The notes below the pieces were generated by a model. That model did no database searches. It had not been told where the DNA came from and saw nothing but the letters and a program-made list of their open reading frames with translations. A program made the position numbers and the translations under genes. Below, piece by piece: positions 1-9,076 of a DNA stretch of 39,001 nt. The stretch is from Candidatus Curtissbacteria bacterium (GTDB lineage Bacteria; Patescibacteriota; Microgenomatia; Curtissbacterales; GWA2-41-24): the NCBI GenBank assembly GCA_016198325.1, contig JACQIV010000014.1, forward strand, positions 1 to 39,001. Direction: 5' to 3'. Positions within the stretch are counted from its first letter, which is position 1. Each line of letters opens with the position of its first letter.

Positions 1-51
1 AGGGAAAGGGAATATTAAGGGAAAACCGTAGGTTGTCCCTTAAAGTCACAT

Positions 52-339
52 ATGAATATCAAGCCACTCGCAGGATATGTTTTAGTAGAACCGGTTCCAA
101 AGGAGACCAAAACAGCCAGTGGAATTGTCCTCCCGGATTCAGCAGACGAAAAGCCACAGGAAGGTAAAATTCTTGCAATCGGGGATTCAATTTTCGACGA
201 AGGCCACGAAATAAAATGTCCAGTAAAAGTAGGGGACAAGGTCGTCTATAAAAAATGGGGCGGGAATGAAATTAAAGTTGAAGGAAAGGAACTTTTGCTC
301 ATTAAGTTCGAAGACTTGATGGCGCAAGTTAAAAAATAA
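52..339 (+). CDS. groES: Co-chaperonin GroES
   Basis: [16 protein letters not shown] mobile loop, VKVGDKV; immediately upstream of groEL. Confidence 0.97.
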   Translation: MNIKPLAGYVLVEPVPKETKTASGIVLPDSADEKPQEGKILAIGDSIFDEGHEIKCPVKVGDKVVYKKWGGNEIKVEGKELLLIKFEDLMAQVKK

Positions 340-341
340 GC

Positions 342-1967
342 ATGGCTAAACAATTACTTTACGCAGCAGAAGCAAGAACAAAATTAAAAGCAGGTATCGA
401 CAAGCTTGCCAATGCCGTCGCAACTACTCTAGGCCCTAAAGGCAGAAATGTCGCTTTAGATAAGAAATGGGGAGCCCCCAATGTAATCCACGACGGGGTA
501 ACCGTTGCTAAAGAAATCGAACTCGAAGATCCGTTTGAAAATATGGGCGCATCCCTCGTAAAAGAAGCGGCAAGTAAAACCAATGATGTAGCAGGAGACG
601 GAACAACCACAGCAACCATCCTTGCTCAGGCAATGGTCGAAGAAGGCATTAAAAACATAACAGCAGGTGCAAACCCGATGATACTTAAAAAAGGTGTCGA
701 AAAAGCAACAGAAGCTGTTGTTGCCGAACTTAAGAAAATGGCCAAAAAAGTTGCAGGTCAGGAAGAAATCGAACAAATAGCCACTATTTCGGCAGCAGAT
801 CCGTCAATCGGTAAAATGATAGCAGAAGCGCTAGATAAAGTCGGTCCGGATGGGGTTGTCACGGTCGAAGAAGGCAAAGGCTTAGAGCTTTCCGTCGAAT
901 ATAAAGACGGCATGGAATTCGACAGAGGATTTGTTTCCCCCTATTTCGTAACCGACTCCGACAAAATGCAATCGGTTATAGAGGACGCGCACATACTTAT
1001 TACTGATCAAAAAATTGCTTCACTTAATGATTTACTTCAATTCCTGGAAAACTTCGTTAAAGTCTCCAAATCCTTAGTCATCATTGCCGACGAGGTCGAA
1101 GGAGAAGCTCTGGCAACCCTGGTTGTTAACAAACTACGCGGTACATTCAACGTTTTGGCAATCAAAGCCCCCGGTTTCGGTGACCGAAGAAAAGAAATGC
1201 TCGAAGATATTGCAATTTTAACGGGTGGAACAGTTATCTCCGAAGACATGGGAAGAAAACTGGAATCCGTAACTATCGACGACCTGGGCAGGGCAGACAG
1301 GATAGTCTCCGACAAAGACAATTCCATTATTGTCGGCGGTAAAGGTGCAAAAAGTGCAATCGAAGGCCGTATTAAACAGATCAAAACCCAAATCGAGACA
1401 ACGGATAGCGATTTCGATAAGGAAAAATTGGAAGAAAGGCTCGCCAAACTTTCCGGCGGAGTAGCGGTAATCAACGTCGGGGCGGCAACGGAGATCGAAC
1501 TCAAGGAAAAGAAAGAAAGGGTAGACGATGCGGTACACGCCACAAAAGCAGCAGTTGAAGAAGGATACGTTGTCGGCGGCGGAGTCGCACTGCTCAGATC
1601 TGCAAAAGTACTGGAAAAACTTGCTTTAATTGGAGAATCGGATGAGCGGATCGGTGTCGAAATTGTCAAAGAATCACTTAAAAAACCTCTCGCCAAACTT
1701 GCAGAAAATGCCGGTGCGGATTCCGGTTGGGTTGTGAAGGAAGTCGAAAAAAGCACAGGCAACTCCGGCTTCAATGCTCTGAGCGGAAAATTTGAGGATC
1801 TGGTAGTAGCCGGTGTAATTGACCCGGTTAAAGTAACTAGGTCCGCGCTTCAGAACGCAGCATCCGTTGCCATGATGATATTAACAACCGAAGCGTTAAT
1901 TACGGATCTCCCCGAAAAAGAAAAAGCTATGCCGGCAATGCCCCCGGGCGGCATGGGTGATTATTAA
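342..1967 (+). CDS. groEL: Chaperonin GroEL
   Basis: [26 protein letters not shown]-like, [13 protein letters not shown] tail; 541 aa. Confidence 0.99.
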   Translation: MAKQLLYAAEARTKLKAGIDKLANAVATTLGPKGRNVALDKKWGAPNVIHDGVTVAKEIELEDPFENMGASLVKEAASKTNDVAGDGTTTATILAQAMVEEGIKNITAGANPMILKKGVEKATEAVVAELKKMAKKVAGQEEIEQIATISAADPSIGKMIAEALDKVGPDGVVTVEEGKGLELSVEYKDGMEFDRGFVSPYFVTDSDKMQSVIEDAHILITDQKIASLNDLLQFLENFVKVSKSLVIIADEVEGEALATLVVNKLRGTFNVLAIKAPGFGDRRKEMLEDIAILTGGTVISEDMGRKLESVTIDDLGRADRIVSDKDNSIIVGGKGAKSAIEGRIKQIKTQIETTDSDFDKEKLEERLAKLSGGVAVINVGAATEIELKEKKERVDDAVHATKAAVEEGYVVGGGVALLRSAKVLEKLALIGESDERIGVEIVKESLKKPLAKLAENAGADSGWVVKEVEKSTGNSGFNALSGKFEDLVVAGVIDPVKVTRSALQNAASVAMMILTTEALITDLPEKEKAMPAMPPGGMGDY

Positions 1968-2071
1968 ATCTCCCACTACTAATTCTTCACTGCACACAAG
2001 ACGTATCAATGTTGTACACATTAGAGTTGCAAGGGAAAGCCCTGAAATAGTTGAAGCGGCTAGGTTTACGT

Positions 2072-2311
2072 CTACTCTTCTTTCACCAGCTTAGAGAGCT
2101 GGTAAGTTACAAAAACGGCAAAAGAAGTAATAATCACAGCATAAATAAACTTCGAGACAATTACAGGCCCCACAGCCACATATTTGGCAATATATTCATT
2201 TACAAAAGTTTGGATAGCTTCGTTCCAGGCCAGAGCCGCAACAAATCCAAATCCCGCTGTTGAAAGTGTAACCAACTGGCGAATTAGTTCCATCCTTAGT
2301 TTCTTAGGCAT
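2072..2311 (-). CDS. Small 2-TM membrane protein (DUF5654-like)
   Basis: T.GFG.VAALAWNEAI motif and two hydrophobic helices, 79 aa. Confidence 0.7.
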   Translation of the reverse strand: MPKKLRMELIRQLVTLSTAGFGFVAALAWNEAIQTFVNEYIAKYVAVGPVIVSKFIYAVIITSFAVFVTYQLSKLVKEE

Positions 2312-2434
2312 ATTCAGAGGCTATTATCCAAATTATGAAACCATAAAGTCAAATCACTCTTCTGGCCCCCCTTTGGCACTTTTGGTACTTGTCACACTAC
2401 CTTGTACCCATATACTTTTCGAACCTTTCGTACA

Positions 2435-3076
2435 TCACTTCAAGACGATCTTCAACCGTCCGTTCTCCAAATGCGCCGGAAAATCTGTAATGTCCGTCTT
2501 TGCCATCATCCTGAAAGTCTTAACACCGCTTGGAACAGGCAACCTGCCGGAAATTTTGACCTCCCCGGTTGAACTGTTACTACTTACAATGCTTTCTGCA
2601 AGCGGGTTCTTATCCGAAACATTCTTGATTTGTCCATACGCCCTACCGTTTCCGTAAAGTACCCAGACCGATGCTTCAAAAACCATATAATCAATTTCGG
2701 AATATTTCGAAAAATCAACAGTTACGTCTGTTCCGGGAATATCGGAAAAACTATTTGTGCTTGCCGAGCCCGATCCCAATGGAATAAAAATTTCTTTTTG
2801 TGCAGTTTGGACAATGGTTTTTGTCTCTTTCTGGATTATTGTTTTAGGCTCAACAGATGGTTCCGGGCTGGGCGAAGCCTGAATATAGGGAGTGGGAGAA
2901 CTAACCTCCTCAATGTTACCTATTTGTTTACTTTCATCTGAAGTCCCTTCCTCACTTGGAATTTTGACGTTTAAGTTTTTGGCATTTCCCCAAATCCAGT
3001 AGTTAACAAAAATCAAATCTACCATCGCCAAAACGAACAAGGCGATACCCATTTTTATAAAAATTTTCGAACCCAT
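2435..3076 (-). CDS. Hypothetical membrane-anchored protein with S/P-rich linker and C-terminal beta-rich domain
   Basis: N-terminal TM, SPTP/SPSP linker, 213 aa ORF. Confidence 0.75.
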   Translation of the reverse strand: MGSKIFIKMGIALFVLAMVDLIFVNYWIWGNAKNLNVKIPSEEGTSDESKQIGNIEEVSSPTPYIQASPSPEPSVEPKTIIQKETKTIVQTAQKEIFIPLGSGSASTNSFSDIPGTDVTVDFSKYSEIDYMVFEASVWVLYGNGRAYGQIKNVSDKNPLAESIVSSNSSTGEVKISGRLPVPSGVKTFRMMAKTDITDFPAHLENGRLKIVLK

Positions 3077-3146
3077 ATCACCATCATATCAAAGCGAAGG
3101 CGGGCTTGATCCGGTTACTTCTTAGTCTTAAACTTAACTTGCCGTC

Positions 3147-3641
3147 ATGATTCCTCCCAAACCTCCCTCGTTTAAACAAAAGAAAAAAGTGGAGAAATTT
3201 CTTGGCAAAGGCGAAGAGCCTGTAATTGTCACCAGCATCGGTCCCCGCTATTTCTGGATAAATTTTTTCATACTGCTTCCATTTGCCCTGATTTTTATCG
3301 GACTTCCCAGATGGGGCAAAATCGTCAGGATGCGCCAATCCTACACGTATGTTCTAACAAACAGGAGATTTATGATTATCCGCGGAATTTTCTCAAGAAA
3401 AATAGTAACAGCACCGCTTAAAGCAGTTACGCACGTAACGGTGGAGCAGTCCGTTTTACAAAGGTTTCTTTTCAACACCGGCCACCTGGTCATAATTACC
3501 GCCGGTTTTGACCAGAGAGAAATCGTTATAGAAAATATCGGGAACCCTTTAAGATTTAAGGTTTTAATGGAGGATTTGACTCACAGGCTGGACGATTCCA
3601 CAGACAGCCAGAAAAGCCCCATGAGATCACTCTCTGCTTAA
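3147..3641 (+). CDS. Bacterial PH-domain (bPH_2/YdbS-like) membrane protein
   Basis: TM segment followed by YVLTNRR..IIRGIFSR and V.QS.LQR.F..G.L.I.TAG pattern. Confidence 0.8.
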   Translation: MIPPKPPSFKQKKKVEKFLGKGEEPVIVTSIGPRYFWINFFILLPFALIFIGLPRWGKIVRMRQSYTYVLTNRRFMIIRGIFSRKIVTAPLKAVTHVTVEQSVLQRFLFNTGHLVIITAGFDQREIVIENIGNPLRFKVLMEDLTHRLDDSTDSQKSPMRSLSA

Positions 3642-4406
3642 TTACTTTGTCGGCAGGACCGAAGACGGGTCGACCATCTGGTCGTTGTCATATATCTCTA
3701 AGTGGACGTGGGGACCGGTTGTTCTTCCGGTCATACCTACGTTTCCGAGTACGGAATTAGTAGTAACCATATTACCCACACCCACATTGATCCTACCCAT
3801 ATGGGCATAAAGTGTCTTTAGTCCGTCCCCGTGCGTAACGATAACAATATTACCCTTACCGTCAGGCGTGAATCCTGCAAATTCCACGATTCCCGGGCCC
3901 ACTGGCTTAATCGGTGCCCCAAGGTTGGTAGCTATGTCGTTTGCCCTGTGGTAAGAAAAATATCCTTGTGAAACGTATCCCTTTTCAACCGGGCTTGAAA
4001 ATTCAAAAGGGGAAAGCCTTCCCACTACTGCCAGGGATATTTCGGTTTCCGCCTCGTTTTTGACAGCCTCTTCTGCAAGGCCGGCAGCAAGTATTGGTTG
4101 GCCGTTTATCTTAATCTCAGCCTGTTTAACCCTAAGGTAAGGCGCAGCGAAGCTTGTTAAGGCAAACCCAAGCATTAGGGCAAAAATTGCCTTCATAGAA
4201 AATTTGGCCCGCGGCCTTACTTTAAGCTCAATATATAGATAATTTAAGGTGAGCATTAAGGCCTTCTGAACAGGCAAACTTAAAAACCTTTTTGTAGCCT
4301 TGAAGGCATAAAGTTTCTTGAGGCTATTTAGCCTCGAAACTAAAAGTAAACTCTTTTTTGCGAGAAGCCTTCTGGCCATTCGCAATTGTTTGTTAGGTTT
4401 ATTCAT
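3642..4406 (-). CDS. M23 family metallopeptidase
   Basis: HRANDIA (HxxxD), TLYAHM, GRTTGPHVHLE (HxH); ATG at 4406 preferred over GTG at 4436. Confidence 0.9.
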   Translation of the reverse strand: MNKPNKQLRMARRLLAKKSLLLVSRLNSLKKLYAFKATKRFLSLPVQKALMLTLNYLYIELKVRPRAKFSMKAIFALMLGFALTSFAAPYLRVKQAEIKINGQPILAAGLAEEAVKNEAETEISLAVVGRLSPFEFSSPVEKGYVSQGYFSYHRANDIATNLGAPIKPVGPGIVEFAGFTPDGKGNIVIVTHGDGLKTLYAHMGRINVGVGNMVTTNSVLGNVGMTGRTTGPHVHLEIYDNDQMVDPSSVLPTK

Positions 4407-4510
4407 GTAGCTCTCTCCAAAGCTATTTAGCCACAAAATACCCTAGGAATAATTAATTCTTAGGGATTTTGGGCTCATATCAAGCCCATAGGAGAAATTT
4501 ACAAGTGGCA

Positions 4511-4539
4511 ATGATAACAAATACGCTATTCCATGTCAA
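4511..4539 (-). promoter_or_regulatory. Sigma70-type promoter for the M23 gene
   Basis: Minus strand TTGACA-17 nt-TATCAT with TG extension; the leader contains an inverted repeat at about 4435-4470. Confidence 0.6.
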
Positions 4540-4610
4540 GTATTACTATGGGTTTATATATTCGACGATTATTTCATCAAACACTGTGTACAGTTTTGAA
4601 CGAAGTGGGC

Positions 4611-4655
4611 AGTTTACACCGAGCCAAGCGAGTAGTTTACATCGAGCGTAGCGAG
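4611..4655. repeat. Tandem pair of 22-bp REP-like units
   Basis: AGTTTACACCGAGCCAAGCGAG (4611-4632) and AGTTTACATCGAGCGTAGCGAG (4634-4655), 19/22 identical. Confidence 0.7.
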
Positions 4656-4677
4656 ATGCTAACGTAGATTAAAGAAA

Positions 4678-5499
4678 ATGAACCTGCTCAAGAGAGTGTC
4701 AACTGTCAAACGTCAACTGTCAAATGTCAAACCTGCAATGGTCACTATCCACTTTGCACTGACCACTATACTCCTCTCCGGCTGTAGCCTCCTCGGTTCA
4801 CAAAATCCTTCAGCACTTCAGGTTAAATCCACCCCCGAAGCCGCTGTCTTTCTCGATGACAAGCATATCGGTAAAACGCCGTTTTATTCCGATCAGCTTA
4901 AAGCTGGGACCCATTCCCTTAAAATTGTTGCCTCCGACTCCTCGTATTCGGAAGAAATCGGTCTTATTCCGGGCACGCTTACGGTAGTAAATAGGGAACT
5001 TTCATCGAATTTCATGGCTGCCTCAGGAGAAACCCTTTGGTTAGAACCCTCTTCCCGGGGAATATTTATAAATTCCAATCCAAATGAAGCCTCGGTTGAA
5101 GTGGACGGACAAAAGAAAGGTAAAACTCCGTATCTTTCCGAAGAAATCGAGGTGGGGGATCACAAAATTCACATATCTCGCGAAGGTTATATCACACGAG
5201 AATTTACGGTTAAAACTTCGGGCGGTTCGCGCCTGACGGCAGACGTAACCCTGGCTTCGGAACTTGCTAAAAATCCAAAAGCAGTTCCATCTCCACTACC
5301 TACAGTCCAATTAGAAATATTAAAAACGCCCCAGGGCTTCTTAAAGGTTAGAAAAGAGGCCTCACTTTCCGCACCGGAAGTCGGAAGGGTCAACTCCGGT
5401 CAAAAATATGAACTAATCCAGGAAACCAAAGATTGGTACAAAATAAATTTCGACGGAAAACAGGGCTGGATTTCCGCCCAATACGCGAAGAAAATATAA
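4678..5499 (+). CDS. Exported PEGA-domain protein with C-terminal SH3 domain
   Basis: Two PEGA repeats (S.P..A.V..D....GKTP), SH3b-like end (WYKI...GKQGWIS..Y), lipobox-like LLSGC; start could be 4738. Confidence 0.85.
   Translation: MNLLKRVSTVKRQLSNVKPAMVTIHFALTTILLSGCSLLGSQNPSALQVKSTPEAAVFLDDKHIGKTPFYSDQLKAGTHSLKIVASDSSYSEEIGLIPGTLTVVNRELSSNFMAASGETLWLEPSSRGIFINSNPNEASVEVDGQKKGKTPYLSEEIEVGDHKIHISREGYITREFTVKTSGGSRLTADVTLASELAKNPKAVPSPLPTVQLEILKTPQGFLKVRKEASLSAPEVGRVNSGQKYELIQETKDWYKINFDGKQGWISAQYAKKI
4697..4731. repeat. Heptamer tandem repeat (YGTCAAM)x5
   Basis: tgtcaac tgtcaaa cgtcaac tgtcaaa tgtcaaa. Confidence 0.85.
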
Positions 5500-5631
5500 C
5501 GTTCCGTTGTCAGACCTTGTGCCCATAACACCCATGACCCCATTGATCCTTCTTGTTTTCATACTTGTAAAATTGCAAATAATACTTTTAAAATATAGCG
5601 AAACTTAAATTGAATCTGCCCCCAAAGATTA

Positions 5632-6738
5632 GTGGCGAAAAAAAGTTCCTCAAATAAGTATTTAAAAACAAAAGTTCGTGCTATCGAGGTAAAGAAGAAA
5701 CCCCTCGCACAACTTCTAAAAGAAATGTCCCAAACAGGATTCCAAGGCAGGACACTTGCAGAAGTAGTTGATGTCTGGGAAAAGATGGCCCGTGATCCGA
5801 AAACAACCATCATACTGGGCTACGCAGGTTCACTTTCAACAACCGGCCAGTGGAAAATCATCAACTGGCTAATAGAAAACCGTTTTATTGATGTCCTGGT
5901 TGCAACAGGAGCAAACCTTTCCGAAGACATTGTTGAGGCGATGGGCAGGACCTACTGGAAGGGAAAGGTTAATGTTGACGATTACGATCTTTTAAAGAAC
6001 GACGTTAACCGCTACTACGACGTTTACGGATCCGAAATCGATTATATGGATATGACGGAATTAATTGCCGATTTTTACCTCAAATTCCTCAAGCCGGATA
6101 CCGCGTACTCCTCACGCCAACTTTTTTACCTGTTTGGCCAGTGGCTTTGGAAAAAGGGGATAAAATCAATTGTAGCAACTGCCGCCCACCACCAGGTCCC
6201 TGTTTTCTGCCCGGCAATTGTCGATAGTCCCTATGGCGACGCCGGCCTGATAGCAAAGAGTCAGGGTTTTCGGCTTATCCTCGATAACATGAAGGATTAC
6301 ACGGAATTCATGAGCATGGGCGAAAAGATCAAGCAAACTGGCGTCGTCTACATAGGCGGGGGAGTCCCAAAAGATTTTATCCAGCTTCTTGCAGTCACTT
6401 CCAATCTGATGTATCCAAACAGGGAAATTCCCGGCAGAAAACCAACTGTAACCCGTGCCGCCCGCGACAAAAAGTACATGGAAGCCTACTATTCCCATAA
6501 ATACGCAATCCAGATAACCACCGACGCGCCGCAATGGGGAGGCCTTTCGGGCTGTACTTTCGAAGAAGCGACCAGTTGGGGTAAAGAAGATATTAATGCA
6601 GATAAGGTCCAATGTTACTGTGACGCAACTATTGCCCTTCCGATCGTTACTCACGCCCTTGCAGAAGGGGTCAAAACCAAGCGCAAAGCCCCTAATTTCT
6701 CCTGGATCTTCAAAGAAGATGCCAAAGATGCCAAATGA
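5632..6738 (+). CDS. Deoxyhypusine synthase family protein (DHS / DHS-type homospermidine synthase)
   Basis: GFQG, GGGVPKDF, YAIQITTD.P..GGLSGCT.EEA.SWGK with catalytic Lys, DATIALP. Confidence 0.92.
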   Translation: MAKKSSSNKYLKTKVRAIEVKKKPLAQLLKEMSQTGFQGRTLAEVVDVWEKMARDPKTTIILGYAGSLSTTGQWKIINWLIENRFIDVLVATGANLSEDIVEAMGRTYWKGKVNVDDYDLLKNDVNRYYDVYGSEIDYMDMTELIADFYLKFLKPDTAYSSRQLFYLFGQWLWKKGIKSIVATAAHHQVPVFCPAIVDSPYGDAGLIAKSQGFRLILDNMKDYTEFMSMGEKIKQTGVVYIGGGVPKDFIQLLAVTSNLMYPNREIPGRKPTVTRAARDKKYMEAYYSHKYAIQITTDAPQWGGLSGCTFEEATSWGKEDINADKVQCYCDATIALPIVTHALAEGVKTKRKAPNFSWIFKEDAKDAK

Positions 6739-7600
6739 TATAGAGTTCCCGAGTCTCGAGCCGTTCAACTTTCTGGGTTTGGAAGACCAAACCCTGGAAA
6801 AAGCGAAAGCAGTAGTCTTTCCCGTGCCGTACAATTCAACAACCTATTGGAAGTCGGGCACCAAAGACGGCCCAAAAGCAATTATCGAAGCCTCACGTCA
6901 TATCGAACTATACGACCATGAATTTAAAAAGGACATTTCCAAAATCGGCATCTATACGCTTGCCGAACTCGAAGTTTCCAAAAATTCACCTAAAGAAACT
7001 ATTGACCGCATAACATCAGTCGTCGGTCAAATCCTAAGTAGGGAAAAGTTTCCTCTGATATTAGGCGGCGAACACTCAATCGCCCTTGGCGGAATTATGG
7101 CGGCAGCCCAAAACTTTAAAAATCTGTCAGTACTTCAACTAGACGCCCATACCGATTCAAGATTCGAATTTGAAGGGACAAAATATCACCATGGCTGCAC
7201 CATGCGCCGGGCGGTCGAAGATCTTGGTCTTTCAGTCACACACGTAGGTATCAGGTCCTCCTCGGAAGAAGAAGTAAAATTCCTGGAAAAATCCAAAAAA
7301 AACCACGTTTTCCCGGCTCCGGAACTGCCAACCGAAAAGATTATCAAAACACTAAAACCAAATGTTTACCTTACCTTCGATCTAGACGCGCTAGACACAT
7401 CCATCATGCCGGCAACAGGCACACCCGAACCCGGAGGCCTCAAATGGTATGAAACCTTGAAGTTACTAAAGACAGTTGCCAAAAGGCGCAATATTGTTGC
7501 TACCGATATCGTCGAACTAGACCCGATTCCCGGCATCCACGCACCTGACTTTCTTGCCGCTAAGTTGGCTTATAAACTTATTGGCTATAAGTTTACGTGA
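6728..7600 (+). CDS. speB: Agmatinase (ureohydrolase family)
   Basis: GGEHS, DAHTD, FDLDALD, PATGTPEPGG; start at 6719 or 6728, overlapping the DHS stop. Confidence 0.92.
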   Translation: MPNDIEFPSLEPFNFLGLEDQTLEKAKAVVFPVPYNSTTYWKSGTKDGPKAIIEASRHIELYDHEFKKDISKIGIYTLAELEVSKNSPKETIDRITSVVGQILSREKFPLILGGEHSIALGGIMAAAQNFKNLSVLQLDAHTDSRFEFEGTKYHHGCTMRRAVEDLGLSVTHVGIRSSSEEEVKFLEKSKKNHVFPAPELPTEKIIKTLKPNVYLTFDLDALDTSIMPATGTPEPGGLKWYETLKLLKTVAKRRNIVATDIVELDPIPGIHAPDFLAAKLAYKLIGYKFT

Positions 7601-7650
7601 AGCTTATTGAACAAGTATTGATAGCTTTTACTTAAACGTAAATGAAGAAA

Positions 7651-7675
7651 GTTATCCTGAGCAAGGTCGAAGGAT
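7651..7675. repeat. REP-like imperfect palindrome
   Basis: GTTATCCTGAGCAAGGTCGAAGGAT with ATCCT...AGGAT stem; shares CGAAGGAT with the 104-bp element. Confidence 0.55.
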
Positions 7676-7717
7676 GATTTTTTGGCAGCAAAACTTGCCT
7701 ACAAGTTAATAGGGTAT
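7676..7717 (+). pseudogene. Recoded remnant of the speB 3' end
   Basis: Encodes DFLAAKLAYKLIGY, identical to speB 7547-7588, with 27/42 nt identity and only synonymous differences. Confidence 0.9.
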
Positions 7718-7829
7718 GCTCTAGGACAAGACCCTCGCAAAAGAATTGTTGTTTACAAAATCGTTCTAGCCAAAAAGCGTAACCATTTTAGATATTGCTA
7801 AAATGGTTTATTCAGTGTATTATTTTTTT

Positions 7830-8987
7830 ATGTCCTCAGGTCTAAATCAGCTTCAGAGCAACCTAGAATCGCTTAAAAAGACAGCTGAAGATTTAGAGTA
7901 TTGGTCAGCAAGGGAGCTAATGCCCATGCTTGGCTACACTAATTGGGAAGGCTTTAAGACAGCCCTTAATCGTGCCAGAGAATCATGCCAACAAACAGGG
8001 CAAGTTGTTTCAGACCATTTTCGGGGCGCCCTAAAAATGGTCGATATCGGGTCCGGAACAAAAAGAGCAATCGAGGATCTACTATTAACACGTTATGCTT
8101 GTTATCTGGTTGCTCAAAATGGAGATCCCCGAAAGCCTCAAATAGCTGCGGCTCAACGCTATTTTGTTGTAAAAACACGAATGCAAGAGGTTTGGGAACA
8201 AAGGGCAATTGAAAGCAAGCGCTTGGAAGAACGAGATAAACTTAGAGATACTGAGAAAAAAATTGAGCGAACGGTTTACCAACGAGGAATTACACAAAGC
8301 TTTGAGTTTGCAACCTTTAAAAATAAACATATTGAGGCGCTCTATGGGGGAATCAATACACCTGATCTGAAAAAAAGACGAGGAATTCAAAAAGATAGGG
8401 CACTTGCAGATTTCGATACAGATGTCGAACTCAAAGCTAAAAGTTTTGCACTCGGAATGACAGATCATAACATTCGGACAAAAGATTTGGTCGGAAGAGA
8501 TAGGCTAGAACATGAAGTAATAGCGAATAGTACAGCTACAAGAAACGCACTATTAGCCAGAGGTATTATTCCTGAGAATCTTGAACCTGAGGAAGACATT
8601 AAGAAAATTGAGAAACGCAGAGCAAAGGAATTGCATGCGTTAGAGGCTACAGGATCACACAAAGCGATAGAAGAATCTTCAAGGATAAAAGAGCTTGAAA
8701 GACAATTTAAGCAAACCAACACTCAAGCACAAAACAAAATCGTTTCAAAAAGCAGACAGAAATCAAATTATGCGGGTTGTTTTAACGTCAAGCTGCCGCA
8801 AGAAGTTACAAGAGTGCATTTATCAAAACTATATGAATTATTCAGAGACAACCCAGGAATTACTACAATAATCTTGGAAGTTCCTGGAGTCAATTCTACT
8901 AGGCAATTTAAAGTTCCGTTTCAGGTGAATGTGACGGATGACGTAAAAATAAAACTTAAAAAAATATTAAATTCGTCAGAAGGATAA
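7830..8987 (+). CDS. dinD: DNA damage-inducible protein DinD (BRO-N-like) with C-terminal extension
   Basis: EYWSAREL..MLGY..W, DHF, LTRYACYLVAQNGDPRK..IA.AQ.YF; ATG at 7830 preferred over 7803. Confidence 0.88.
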   Translation: MSSGLNQLQSNLESLKKTAEDLEYWSARELMPMLGYTNWEGFKTALNRARESCQQTGQVVSDHFRGALKMVDIGSGTKRAIEDLLLTRYACYLVAQNGDPRKPQIAAAQRYFVVKTRMQEVWEQRAIESKRLEERDKLRDTEKKIERTVYQRGITQSFEFATFKNKHIEALYGGINTPDLKKRRGIQKDRALADFDTDVELKAKSFALGMTDHNIRTKDLVGRDRLEHEVIANSTATRNALLARGIIPENLEPEEDIKKIEKRRAKELHALEATGSHKAIEESSRIKELERQFKQTNTQAQNKIVSKSRQKSNYAGCFNVKLPQEVTRVHLSKLYELFRDNPGITTIILEVPGVNSTRQFKVPFQVNVTDDVKIKLKKILNSSEG

Positions 8988-9033
8988 ATAGGTGAAAAGC
9001 AGGTACAAACTTAAACAGTTGGATTGACAGCAT

Positions 9034-9074
9034 CGATACAATTTGATGGTTACAAAAACGTTTATCAAGCTAAT
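9034..9074 (+). pseudogene. Remnant of the -10 box and 5' end of the gene at 12083
   Basis: 34/41 nt identical to 12071-12111; MVTKTFIKL versus MVPKTVIKL. Confidence 0.88.
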
Positions 9075-9076
9075 GT

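Noticed and set aside
359-1774. Long antisense ORFs over groEL, and similar ones over DHS, the helicase, PBP1A, metG and rmuC
   Set aside because: They are shadow frames of well-supported genes and contain no recognisable motifs.
5500-5562. Minus-strand start MKTRRINGVMGVMG with nonamer-like repeats as another ghost start
   Set aside because: No matching gene exists in the window, so it cannot be supported without a search.
6596-6727. Extended N-terminus of the 334-aa speB ORF
   Set aside because: It overlaps the conserved DHS C-terminus by over 130 nt; starts at 6719 or 6728 fit better.
6717-6735. AGATGCCAA tandem duplication at the DHS/speB overlap as a 5' ghost of speB
   Set aside because: Only 9 bp and exact, so slippage explains it.
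7547-7717. Gene end plus ghost as a diversity-generating retroelement VR/TR pair
   Set aside because: Differences are synonymous and not restricted to adenines, and no reverse transcriptase is present.
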